A stretch of DNA of 64,000 nucleotides from an uncultured Bacteroidales bacterium (GCA_946185535.1 CAMHJX010000010.1:18492-82491); one strand, 5' to 3'. Shown: positions 50,171 to 59,279, counted from the first letter of the stretch. Numbers and translations are program-made. The notes: generated by a model from the letters alone, not told the origin.

Positions 50171-53100
50171 ATGCCAACAAATGTAAGTGAGAAACAACTT
50201 GAAACCATCCTCGTCAATTACCTGTGTAACGTACATCAATACGAACAGGGTGTTTCCGAAGACTATATCAAAGACTATGCGCTTGATACGGCGCGAGTGA
50301 AGCGCTTTCTGCTGGCCACCCAAAAGAATAAGGTGGAAAACACTGCCTGCTTCGCCAACGAGATTTCTGAAAGGAAATTCTTCACCGAACTCAACAAGCA
50401 GTTGGCTCAGCGTGGCGTCACCGATGTGCTACGCAAAGGTTTCCGCTTCATTTCGGAGCTTTTCGACATGTACTATCCGCTGCCGTCCGAACTGAATCCT
50501 ACGGCTCAGGAAATGTATGAAAAGAACATCTTCTGCGTCACCCGCCAGCTCTTCTACAGCAAGGAAAACCAAAACAGCATCGATGTGATGGTTTCCTTGA
50601 ACGGTATGCCGCTGATGACCTTGGAGCTGAAGAACCACTACACTGGCCAGACTGTGGAAAACGCCGTGAAGCAGTACCAGACCGACCGCGACCCTCGTGA
50701 CCCGCTACTGGCTCCCAAGCGTTGCGCCGTACACATGGCCGTCGACGACGACGACATCAAAATGTGTACCTGGCTCAGTGGCAAAAGCTCTTGGTTCCTG
50801 CCTTTCAATAAAGGCGTGAACGGTGGCGCAGGCAACCCCATCAATCCCAACGGTGTAAAAACCGCCTATCTTTGGGAAGAAGTGTTGGAAAAGCACTCGC
50901 TTTCCGACATCATCGAGAACTATGCCCAGGTGGTGAAGAAACTCGACCCCAAAACCAACGTCGAGAAACAGAGTGTGGTTTGGCCCCGCTACCATCAGCT
51001 CGACTGCGTTCGCAAGCTTCTCGCCGAGACCAAGGCGCACGGGGTAGGTCAACGTTTCTTGATCCAGCATTCTGCTGGCTCGGGCAAGTCCAACTCCATC
51101 ACTTGGCTCGCTTATCAGCTCGTCGGCTTGCTCGACGGCACACAAGCCTTGCTCGATAGCGTCGTTGTCGTCACCGACCGCGTCAACCTCGACAACCAGA
51201 TAAAGAACAACATCGTAGCTTTCAAGCGGCTGCAGAACTTGGTGGCTTGGGCTGACAGTGCCGAGGCGCTGCGCAACCACCTCAGCAGCGGCAAGAAAAT
51301 AATCATCACCATCGTCCACAAGTTCCCCTACATACTGGAAGCCATCGGCGGTGAGCTGAAACACAAGCGTTTCGGCATCATCATCGACGAGGCTCACAGC
51401 AGTCAAAGTGGCTCACTCTCAGCCAAGATGAATATTGCGCTGAGCGGAAACGCTGGTGAGGATGAAATGGATCTGGAAGACCGCTTGACGGCCATCATCG
51501 AAGGCCGCAAGATGGTACCCAACGCCAACTACTATGCCTTCACCGCAACACCCAAGAATAAGACCCTTGAAATGTTCGGCACGCCTTTCCAGCAGCCCAC
51601 CGGGGAAATCGGCCACAAGCCTTTCCACGAGTACACCATGAAGCAAGCCATCGAAGAGGGCTTCATCATGGATGTGTTGGAACACTACACCACCTACACC
51701 AGCCTCTATAAGATTGTGAAAGCCATCGAGGAGGATCCCGTGTTTGACAAGAAAGAGGCTCAGAAGAAACTCCGCGCTTTTGTCGAAGGCCAACCCGAGA
51801 CCATCCAACAGAAAGCCAACATCATCGTTGAGCATTTCCACACGCAAGTCATCGACAAAGGCAAGGTCGGCGGTCAAGCCCGTGCAATGGTGGTCACAAG
51901 CAGCATCCTTCGCGCCATTGAGTTCTATTACGAGATTTCTCGCCTGCTCAAAGAGCGCAAGAGTCCCTACAAGGCCATCGTCGCCTTCTCAGGCTCGAAG
52001 AACTATGGCGGCAAGGAAGTGACCGAAGCCGATGTCAACGGATTTCCCTCGAAAGACATTGAGGAAAATATGGAACACGACCCGTACCGCATCCTCGTGG
52101 TGGCCGACAAGTTCCAAACCGGCTACGACCAACCTCTTTTGCACACCATGTATGTAGATAAGATCTTGACCGATGTGAAGGCCGTTCAGACGCTTTCGCG
52201 CCTGAACCGCTGCCACCCAAAGAAACGCGACACCTTCGTCCTCGATTTCGCCAACGAAGCGGAGGACATTCAGGCTGCTTTCCAGCGTTTCTATAAGACC
52301 ACCATCCTTTCACGTGAGACCGACCCCAACAAGCTCAACGACCTGCTGACGCAGATAGAGGAAGCCAACATCTACACCGAAGAAGAGGTGCGTCTGCTGA
52401 ACGAAAAGTATTGGGGTGGTGCATCGCGTGAAGAAATAGACCCAATAGTGAATGAGGCCGTAGAACGTTTCAAGCAGCTGGACGACAATGATAAGATTAT
52501 CTGCAAGAGCAGTATGCGTGGCTTTCTGCGTACCTATCCCTTCATTGCTGCGGTAATGCCTTACAAGAGCCTTGAATGGGAAATGCTTGAAACCTATTTC
52601 TCACTCCTCATCCACAAACTGCCAGTCCTGAAGGGAGAAGATTTCACCGAAGGCCTTATTGAGGCAATCGACTTCGATAAATATCGCTTGATTAAAAACG
52701 AGGAGAAAAAGATACAGCTGGAGAACCAGGACACCGAGATAGATCCTATCCCTGTCGGCAAAACCCAGGGCAATAAAGAGCCTGAGCTTGCAAAACTCAG
52801 CGACATCCTTGATGAATGGAACAACCTGCACTTCTCCAACATGGAGAAAGCGAAGGAGCAGCTGGAAGAGCTGCCTCAGCGTTTACAGGCCGATGCCACC
52901 TTCATCAATGCTGCCCGCAACAGCAACCGCGAGACCGCCATGCAGCAATGCGCTGCATCCCTGATGATGATTGTTGCCGGCATGTTGAACGAAAACACCG
53001 AGTTCTGCCGCTACTATCTTGACAACCCCGACTTCATGAACGCCATCAACCTGCGTGTCTTCGATACCGTCTACAGCAGTTTAGGTTCAAGCCCCTGGGT

Positions 53101-53179
53101 TGCAAGCGACACTCCCCTCAGCTATGGTTACACTCCCAGCAGTAATGTCCCTATGGCAGCAGAAAATCCTCCTAGCTAA
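50171..53179 (+). CDS. hsdR: Type I restriction endonuclease subunit R
   Basis: 1002 aa. N-terminal PD-(D/E)xK region (IDVMVSLNGMPLMTLELKN). SF2 helicase motifs HSAGSGKSNSI, VVVVTDRVNLD, IIIDEAHSSQSG, FTATP and VADKFQTGYDQP. Confidence 0.92.
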   Translation: MPTNVSEKQLETILVNYLCNVHQYEQGVSEDYIKDYALDTARVKRFLLATQKNKVENTACFANEISERKFFTELNKQLAQRGVTDVLRKGFRFISELFDMYYPLPSELNPTAQEMYEKNIFCVTRQLFYSKENQNSIDVMVSLNGMPLMTLELKNHYTGQTVENAVKQYQTDRDPRDPLLAPKRCAVHMAVDDDDIKMCTWLSGKSSWFLPFNKGVNGGAGNPINPNGVKTAYLWEEVLEKHSLSDIIENYAQVVKKLDPKTNVEKQSVVWPRYHQLDCVRKLLAETKAHGVGQRFLIQHSAGSGKSNSITWLAYQLVGLLDGTQALLDSVVVVTDRVNLDNQIKNNIVAFKRLQNLVAWADSAEALRNHLSSGKKIIITIVHKFPYILEAIGGELKHKRFGIIIDEAHSSQSGSLSAKMNIALSGNAGEDEMDLEDRLTAIIEGRKMVPNANYYAFTATPKNKTLEMFGTPFQQPTGEIGHKPFHEYTMKQAIEEGFIMDVLEHYTTYTSLYKIVKAIEEDPVFDKKEAQKKLRAFVEGQPETIQQKANIIVEHFHTQVIDKGKVGGQARAMVVTSSILRAIEFYYEISRLLKERKSPYKAIVAFSGSKNYGGKEVTEADVNGFPSKDIEENMEHDPYRILVVADKFQTGYDQPLLHTMYVDKILTDVKAVQTLSRLNRCHPKKRDTFVLDFANEAEDIQAAFQRFYKTTILSRETDPNKLNDLLTQIEEANIYTEEEVRLLNEKYWGGASREEIDPIVNEAVERFKQLDDNDKIICKSSMRGFLRTYPFIAAVMPYKSLEWEMLETYFSLLIHKLPVLKGEDFTEGLIEAIDFDKYRLIKNEEKKIQLENQDTEIDPIPVGKTQGNKEPELAKLSDILDEWNNLHFSNMEKAKEQLEELPQRLQADATFINAARNSNRETAMQQCAASLMMIVAGMLNENTEFCRYYLDNPDFMNAINLRVFDTVYSSLGSSPWVASDTPLSYGYTPSSNVPMAAENPPS

Positions 53180-53230
53180 CCAATTAAACAATGATTACAA
53201 CAGTAATTATCTAATCAAAAATAAATACTC

Positions 53231-53773
53231 ATGGACGAAAACGAAAACATTGAACCCGTCATCACTTATAAAGAGATGTTTGATTTAGCCCTTGGTGAAA
53301 CCATTGAACCTGTTACTAATGAAAAACAATTGAATGACATCTTACACAGTGAAAGCTTTGAATTGACAATTCGTGCTTTAGGTGACAGAAATCCTTATTT
53401 TGCACGTCACGTTTTTAGGCACCATGATATAATGACCATAATTCATAAGTTTTGTGAAATAACCAACCATGTAGAAAAAACCTTTGAGTCACACATCAGG
53501 GAAACGTATGATGTGTCCCTTGAAGAGTACGAAAAACTCTTTGGTGAAAGCATCGATGTTGCTAAAATGGAATACTATGGTGACTATCTCATAGAAGAAG
53601 AGCCTCTGCCGATTAGCTATGATGTTATTATCGATGTTTTGAATGACTCAAATATCAAAATAACACCTGAACAAGACGAGAAACTTCAAAAGCAATTAAG
53701 TCCCTTCACCGATGAGGAGTGTGAGGACCTCATCAAGCGTTGCCGTCAAGCCCCAGAACTGTTTGGCTGGTAA
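53231..53773 (+). CDS. Hypothetical highly acidic 180-aa protein (AT-rich cassette gene 1)
   Basis: Clean ATG ORF 51 nt after hsdR. Strong Asp/Glu excess, no recognisable motif. Confidence 0.5.
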   Translation: MDENENIEPVITYKEMFDLALGETIEPVTNEKQLNDILHSESFELTIRALGDRNPYFARHVFRHHDIMTIIHKFCEITNHVEKTFESHIRETYDVSLEEYEKLFGESIDVAKMEYYGDYLIEEEPLPISYDVIIDVLNDSNIKITPEQDEKLQKQLSPFTDEECEDLIKRCRQAPELFGW

Positions 53774-53797
53774 AAACACTCTAGATAATCAATAGCA

Positions 53798-54310
53798 ATG
53801 TTACAAGATATGGTTATTCCTGAATGGCTGACAGCAGTTATTTGTGTTATTGTTGGTGCTCTATTGACATTCATAGCTACAATGATAGTGAATCGGGTGT
53901 CTTATAGAAACGAATACTACAAGATGATTATTGAGAAACGCATAAAAGCATACAATAATGTAGAACGTCTCTTGTATTCTATTAAATCCGAATCTCTAAA
54001 ATGCTTATTAAAAATGCATGTGTTAAGGGATGCGAATGCGCTAAAGTCATTGAAACTAGAGATTAAGAAGGTAAAAGATGATTCTGTTTGGTTGTCAGAG
54101 AAAATGAAAGTCGCAGTATCTTCTTTGATAAATGCCATTTATTCGTTTGAAGAAAAACCAATTGAGAATTTGACAGCTAATGATACCAAAAACCTGTCTG
54201 ATGAAATCAAAGCAATGGGATTGGTAATTGAAGATATATTGGTAGAGGATTTAAAGTCATTGCATAAGGTTAGACGGTTTTTAAGAAATAAACAAGTAAT
54301 AAAAGAATAG
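53798..54310 (+). CDS. Hypothetical single-pass membrane protein (AT-rich cassette gene 2)
   Basis: N-terminal TM helix WLTAVICVIVGALLTFIATMIV, then a helical K/E-rich domain. It ends 9 nt before the AbiH-like gene. Confidence 0.5.
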   Translation: MLQDMVIPEWLTAVICVIVGALLTFIATMIVNRVSYRNEYYKMIIEKRIKAYNNVERLLYSIKSESLKCLLKMHVLRDANALKSLKLEIKKVKDDSVWLSEKMKVAVSSLINAIYSFEEKPIENLTANDTKNLSDEIKAMGLVIEDILVEDLKSLHKVRRFLRNKQVIKE

Positions 54311-54319
54311 GTTAGATTT

Positions 54320-55603
54320 ATGAATAGAATTATTCTAATTGGGAACGGCTTTGATAAAGCTCACGGGTTGCTTACGGGATATGATGACTTCATAAACTGG
54401 TATTGGAATAAAAGAGTTTCGGAATTAAAAACTGAGCTGTCAAATGCGACCAGTGATATTCTTTGTACTTTAGAGATTAACTCTGAGCATTTTAAGACTT
54501 GGAGTTTGTATTTCTTTTATCATGGGCATGAATTAAAAGCTTTAACAGGTGAAGAGATAATAAAGGGGTTTAGTGAAGTTAAAACTCATTTCCGAGTTAC
54601 AAAATCCTACTTTTTTTCTAGAATTCTTCACTCATATCATGAAAAAGGATGGGTAGATATTGAAAACGAATATTATAGATTGTTATTTCCCTCTGCCGTG
54701 AATGGGCCTTCCCCGTACAATGACAAACCAAGTGAGTTGAATGAGCAATTGGAATATGTTCGAAGTCTTTTGATAGAGTACCTGAATACTATACAAAAGG
54801 AAAAGATAAATGAATCAATTGTCAAACAAAGCATCAAAGAAAAGTTTTATTCATGTTTTAAACCGAATGATATTTCAATTAGTGCAATGCCAAAATGGAA
54901 TGAATTTGTTAGAGGGAGATGTCGTTTTGATTCGAATATAAGATTTTATGATGAATCTGATTGGGATGAATTGTTAGACGCTTATGATGTAAAAGATAAA
55001 GACTATATTAAGACGGAAAACAAACAGTTTATTAATTCATATAGGGAACAAGTTGGGAATAAGGGAATAGAATCAATCGTAAAGAATGATTTCCCCAAGC
55101 ATTTCTTGCTGCCAGATAGGATTATGCTATTGAACTTTAATTATTCAAACACCGCAGATCTTTATCTGCGTAAAGACGAAAGATTTGTAGTAAATCATAT
55201 TCATGGCAATTTGAATGAACCAGATAGCGTGATTTTTGGATATGGAGATGAATTAGATGAGAATTATAAAATAATGTCGGAGAAAAATGATAATGAGTAT
55301 TTGCGCAATATCAAGTCTGTCAAATATTTGGAATCTCCTAATTATCGCAATCTGCTTGAGTTCATAGAATCTTCGTCTTATCAGATTTTAATTATGGGAC
55401 ATTCTTGTGGCAATTCGGACAGAACCTTGCTTAACACTTTGTTTGAACATAGGAATTGCGTCTCCATTAAACCGTTTTATCATGTATTTGATGAAGGCAA
55501 GGACAACTATATGGATTTGGTTCAGAACATTTCCCGAAACTTCACCGATATGAAATTGATGCGCGATAGGGTGGTGAACAAGACTTTCTGCGAAACGATA
55601 TAA
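54320..55603 (+). CDS. AbiH-family abortive-infection-like protein (AT-rich cassette gene 3)
   Basis: N-terminus MNRIILIGNGFDKAHGLLTGYDDF matches the AbiH signature (IGNGFDLAHGL.T.Y.DF). C-terminal ILIMGHSCGNSDRTLL matches the second AbiH block (GHSL...D). Confidence 0.75.
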   Translation: MNRIILIGNGFDKAHGLLTGYDDFINWYWNKRVSELKTELSNATSDILCTLEINSEHFKTWSLYFFYHGHELKALTGEEIIKGFSEVKTHFRVTKSYFFSRILHSYHEKGWVDIENEYYRLLFPSAVNGPSPYNDKPSELNEQLEYVRSLLIEYLNTIQKEKINESIVKQSIKEKFYSCFKPNDISISAMPKWNEFVRGRCRFDSNIRFYDESDWDELLDAYDVKDKDYIKTENKQFINSYREQVGNKGIESIVKNDFPKHFLLPDRIMLLNFNYSNTADLYLRKDERFVVNHIHGNLNEPDSVIFGYGDELDENYKIMSEKNDNEYLRNIKSVKYLESPNYRNLLEFIESSSYQILIMGHSCGNSDRTLLNTLFEHRNCVSIKPFYHVFDEGKDNYMDLVQNISRNFTDMKLMRDRVVNKTFCETI

Positions 55604-55638
55604 TAACTTTCTTTGCCCCAACAAAACACTACACACCC

Positions 55639-56766
55639 ATGTCCCAAGACACTAATATCAACAACAATTTTCCCACCTTCAAGCCCTCTGAACTCATCGC
55701 CATCTTCAGCGCGGCATTAGGCCGTCAGAACGAGTTTGCCAAACTTGTCAGCCTGCGTGGTATCTACCAGCAACGACAAAACAACCCCAATTGGTCATAC
55801 GCCTATGCAGGGCTGCACGACGAGTCCTCGCAAGATGAAATCACGTTGCGCATAGCCAAGGATCTCTATGAGACCCTCATTGATGGGAACCTGATTACAG
55901 TGACAGGCATCCTCGAACGCAAAATCGACCCACGCGGTAGCGTGCAGATCACACTTAATGTGACCCGTGTGGAGAAGTTGCAAGAACAGGCCGTCAGCCT
56001 CGCCGACCAGAAGAAGGCCGAGCTGCGGCGTCACAAATCCCAGACAGGCTTCCGCAACGTGGATGGTGTGCTGGAAAAGCGTCTGCTAGCCGACGAGCGC
56101 CCACGCGTGGCCTTGCTGCTTGCCAACAACTCCATCACCATGTCGGACTTCGAGGCGGGCATACAAGCCGCCAAAACCGCTATCGACTTCACCGAGTTCC
56201 GCTCTGACTTCTTCAAGGCGGCACCGCTGTGCCAACGCCTTTGCGAAATCGACGCACAGAGCTTTGATGTTATCGCCGTGGTGCGTGGCGGAGGCATCGG
56301 CATCGAACGCCTCGACAATCTTGAAGTGTTGGAGACTTTGAGCCACCTTACTACTCCTGTCATCTCCGCCGTGGGTCACCCCGAAGAAAGGCTTACCTTT
56401 AAGGAAATTGCTGATAAGGAAGTGGCCACTCCCACGGCCTTGGGACAGTATCTCAACGAGCTGGTGGAACGCGTGGCCGACATGAAGGCTAAATCGAAGG
56501 CACTGTTGGTGCAGCAGGTGAGCAAGCAATATGCCGACCAGATTGCCAGCCTTGAGAAGCGGCTGACGAAACAAGAGAAGGACTTCAAGGAAGAGCGTGC
56601 AGGTTACGTGGAAAGGGAGAAACGCAACGTGGAGGAGATGGCCAACATGAAGAACAAGGTCGCTTGGATGGCCAACAAGCTCAATGAACGCAAGAGAACC
56701 ATCACCCTGCTGGCAGTGGGACTTGTGGCGGCTGTGGGTGTCATGATTTGGATTGCTTTACGGTGA
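55639..56766 (+). CDS. Exonuclease VII large-subunit (XseA)-like protein with C-terminal coiled coil and transmembrane anchor
   Basis: OB-fold-like N-domain (LVSLRGIYQQ...ITVTGILERKIDPRGSVQITLNVTRVE). Catalytic-domain blocks RVALLLANNSITMSDF, DVIAVVRGGGIGIERLDNLEV and PVISAVGHPEERLTFKEIADKEVATPTA. Long coiled coil, then ITLLAVGLVAAVGVMIWIAL at the extreme C-terminus. Confidence 0.6.
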   Translation: MSQDTNINNNFPTFKPSELIAIFSAALGRQNEFAKLVSLRGIYQQRQNNPNWSYAYAGLHDESSQDEITLRIAKDLYETLIDGNLITVTGILERKIDPRGSVQITLNVTRVEKLQEQAVSLADQKKAELRRHKSQTGFRNVDGVLEKRLLADERPRVALLLANNSITMSDFEAGIQAAKTAIDFTEFRSDFFKAAPLCQRLCEIDAQSFDVIAVVRGGGIGIERLDNLEVLETLSHLTTPVISAVGHPEERLTFKEIADKEVATPTALGQYLNELVERVADMKAKSKALLVQQVSKQYADQIASLEKRLTKQEKDFKEERAGYVEREKRNVEEMANMKNKVAWMANKLNERKRTITLLAVGLVAAVGVMIWIALR

Positions 56767-56789
56767 TTGTTGAGGTGGCATGGCTGCTG

Positions 56790-57115
56790 GAGCCAAGTCC
56801 CAAAGGGACGACCCCACCACACCCCGATATGTAATGTCGGGTTTTTATATTGAAAAGGGCGGATTCTTGTATGCCGCAGTCATAGATGCCCGCCAGCACA
56901 CAAGCCAGCGTCGGTATGACATGGCTGCTTGACCCTAACTCACCCCGATATGCAATGTCGGGTTTTCATGATAAGACGGATGACAATGATATTCCGCAGC
57001 CATAGATCCCAAGCCATCGCACATGCCAGCGTTGGGATGACATGGCTGCTGAATTCTGCCGCAGCCACAGATGCCAGCCGCCGCACTTGCCCATGCTGGC
57101 ATGACATGGCTGCTG
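56790..57115. repeat. Cluster of composite hairpin repeats (REP half-site, 2x CCCCGATATGCAATGTCGGGTTTT, 3x GCCGCAGCC..GACATGGCTGC)
   Basis: Copies at 56795-56846, 56873-56928, 56941-56966, 56994-57049 and 57059-57113. The track ORFs here (56929..57261, 56935..57156) are repeat read-through. Confidence 0.8.
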
Positions 57116-57164
57116 GAACTTCGCCTAAGGATGACCTTCTTTCTAAACTGCCACAACAGCCCTC

Positions 57165-58064
57165 TCAGATTACTTGTCCCAGTAGCAAGCCCTTGTCCAA
57201 TCCCATCTTGCTGAAGGCAAAAAGTTTCCTTCCCAAGTCCTTGAGTGATGCACCCAGATGATAGACTTGGCTGTCGATGATAAGGAATCGGTCGTGCACG
57301 CGTGTGCGTGTGGCTTTTAGCTCGGTCTTACGACCGGTCTGCACAAGGCAATCGGACTGGAGCACCAATAGGGTAGGGATGATTCGCTCCACAAAAATGG
57401 TCGCTTCCACGCCGTCGTTTCGGCATTCAAGGATGTCGAAGTCCGAAGCGTCAATGTAATTGTCGATGAGGATGACCTCCTGATGCGCCGTCTTTATCAA
57501 GTTTTCGGCAAACAGGCGTGCGTCGAGAACCTGACCTTCGAACAACACACCTTCAACAGGCGGCAGATTGGTACGGATGAAGAAGTCTATCTTTTCTGAA
57601 TGGAGGTCGGTTTTTTCTTCCAATAGACGAATCCTGTTGCTTTGTTCGTCAAAACGTGCATCCAACTGCATTTGAAAAGCCTGTAGTTGCTGCCTAACGG
57701 CATAACCGCGGAGCAAGTATTCTTTCAAAACCTGATTGGCCCATCGGCGGAACGCTGTTGCATTGATGCTATTGACGCGATAGCCTACAGACAATATCGC
57801 GTCAAGGTTATAGAATTTGGTGGAGTACATTTGTTTTCCGTCGTTACCCATAAGTTCCAAAATGGAACATGTGCTGTTTTCTTCCAGTTCGCCACTAGAA
57901 TAGATGTTCTTTAGGTGCTTTGTGATGGCGGGTCTTTTTGTTCCGAACAGGTCGGCAATTTGTTGCTGTGTAAGCCAAACGGAATCCTCTTGTACCCGCA
58001 CTTCAAGCTTGACCATCTCGTTTGGTTGATAAAGCACAATCTCGTTTTCTTTTCTTGTTTCCAT
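57165..58064 (-). CDS. RhuM-family (virulence/DNA-binding) protein
   Basis: EIVLYQPNEMVKLEVRVQEDSVWLTQQQIADLFG...FYNLDAILSVGYRVNSINATAFRRWANQVLKEYLLRGYA is the characteristic RhuM N-terminal region. Confidence 0.8.
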   Translation of the reverse strand: METRKENEIVLYQPNEMVKLEVRVQEDSVWLTQQQIADLFGTKRPAITKHLKNIYSSGELEENSTCSILELMGNDGKQMYSTKFYNLDAILSVGYRVNSINATAFRRWANQVLKEYLLRGYAVRQQLQAFQMQLDARFDEQSNRIRLLEEKTDLHSEKIDFFIRTNLPPVEGVLFEGQVLDARLFAENLIKTAHQEVILIDNYIDASDFDILECRNDGVEATIFVERIIPTLLVLQSDCLVQTGRKTELKATRTRVHDRFLIIDSQVYHLGASLKDLGRKLFAFSKMGLDKGLLLGQVI

Positions 58065-58160
58065 AATACAATTAGTTTTACGCTACAAAGATGCAACCCT
58101 TGTCAAGATATACCCGTTGAATAAACGTTTGTAGTCGACAGTAGTCGTTTGCTGTCGGGT
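58065..58160 (-). promoter_or_regulatory. Conserved upstream module, copy C
   Basis: The minus strand reads ACCCGACAGCAAACGACTACTGTCGACTACAAACGTTTATTCAACGGGTATATCTTGACAAGGGTTGCATCTTTGTAG...ATG. Confidence 0.6.
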
Positions 58161-58397
58161 AAGTAATTGGGAATGAAATGGATGGTTTTTTTTGGAAATA
58201 AATCTTACATCAATCTGTCATAAATGGATCGATTCGTCGTTCCTCCTCGCGATGACGCGAAGCGACGACGAGGGTTTAGTCCTCTGGCGGTGTAAGGATG
58301 GCGGATCCCTGTCCGCCATGACGGCAAGGGGCGGGGGTGTTGTCCGTTGTCGTGTTGTTTTCTGTCCTTGTGCCGTGTGCGGGAATGCCTATGATCG

Positions 58398-58561
58398 ACC
58401 GGGTAGGGTGCGCGGGCCTGGCCGACATGGGGGAGGGGCGCTCGCTATGTGCGTAGGGCCCATGATGTCGGCCTTGAATTTTTGGTCCTTTTGTTTCAAG
58501 ACAAAAGGACGGAAATAAATGGCCGCAGCCGCACCTGCCCATGCAGGCATGACATGGCTGC
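58398..58561. repeat. ~160-bp composite multi-hairpin repeat, copy 1
   Basis: ACCGGGTAGGGTGCGCGGGCCTGGCCGACATGG...CATGATGTCGGCC...GGTCCTTTTGTTTCAAGACAAAAGGAC...GGCCGCAGCC..GACATGGCTGC. It is paralogous to 59591-59752. Confidence 0.8.
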
Positions 58562-58633
58562 TAAAGCCTCAGTAAAAATAGAAATATCATCCATCCCCTT
58601 GCGGGTTTGTGGAAAAGTTGTATTTTTGCAGCG

Positions 58634-58701
58634 AGAAATACCGGTCAGGGGCTGCGTTCCAAACTTCGGGGAGGTAACGGATTACATGACCGGTTTTTTT
58701 T
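58634..58701 (+). ncRNA. Candidate ~65-nt sRNA (promoter + hairpin + U-tract), convergent with ORF 58828..59166
   Basis: GGAAAAGTTGTATTTTTGCAG (-7 box 58621-58628), then stem ACCGGTCA (58640-58647) / TGACCGGT (58687-58694) followed by T8. The T-tract lies only on the + strand side. Confidence 0.3.
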
Positions 58702-58827
58702 ATTGCACCTCAATCTTGTTCACGCAGTATTGGACATGCTTTCCGCCAGTCATAACACCAATGGTGAGTTTTACTACAAAATCCAAATAATCTTTTTCCT
58801 CATTCACGAAGTGATGATACAATAAAA

Positions 58828-59166
58828 TCATGTTTTGTATCCATTACGCTTTTGTTCACCTTCTTTCCGTGAAACGAATAAAGGTTGTCCTTCCAATGGC
58901 TTCGCCTCTTCAATGACTGTTCTCAAATGCTTCACTGCATACGTGGATTTCCAATTGTGCAAAGCCTCACGAGCCGTCTTTTTGTCGCTTTCATTTCTTA
59001 CAATATAGATGTCCGCATTTAAAAACTTGTTTTTCACCGCATTGGGTAGTCCTTTACGCTGTAATTGTTTCCATAGTGTTTCATAATAGCCCATAATCAA
59101 CGTAAAACGTTCTTTGCTCCTCTTCTTTTCTGTCGGGATGCCTTCAATGTATTCTGGTGTTTCCAT
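58828..59166 (-). CDS. Hypothetical 112-aa basic protein (possible polyvalent-protein/PBECR-like module)
   Basis: Clean ATG ORF preceded by conserved upstream module copy B. LPNAVKNKFLNADIYIVRNESDKKTAREALHNWKSTYAVKHL has no motif I can assign firmly. Confidence 0.4.
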   Translation of the reverse strand: METPEYIEGIPTEKKRSKERFTLIMGYYETLWKQLQRKGLPNAVKNKFLNADIYIVRNESDKKTAREALHNWKSTYAVKHLRTVIEEAKPLEGQPLFVSRKEGEQKRNGYKT

Positions 59167-59279
59167 ATTAAAGTGGTTTTAATTATTTTGAATGCAAAGA
59201 AACATCATTTGTCAAATCCTATCCGTTGAACAAACGTTTGTAGTCGACTGTAGTCGTTTGCTGTCGTTTGCTGTCGGGT
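59167..59279 (-). promoter_or_regulatory. Conserved upstream module, copy B
   Basis: The minus strand reads ACCCGACAGCAAACGACAGCAAACGACTACAGTCGACTACAAACGTTTGTTCAACGGATAGGATTTGACAAATGATGTTTCTTTGCATTC...ATG. Confidence 0.6.

Noticed and set aside
50705-51877. Minus-strand ORFs 50705..51406 and 51419..51877
   Set aside because: Shadows of hsdR.
56929-57261. ORFs across the hairpin-repeat clusters (56929..57261, 58192..58518, 58449..58790, 59558..59896, 59582..59905)
   Set aside because: They read through dispersed repeats on either strand, have R/G/P/C-rich composition and lack promoter or start context.
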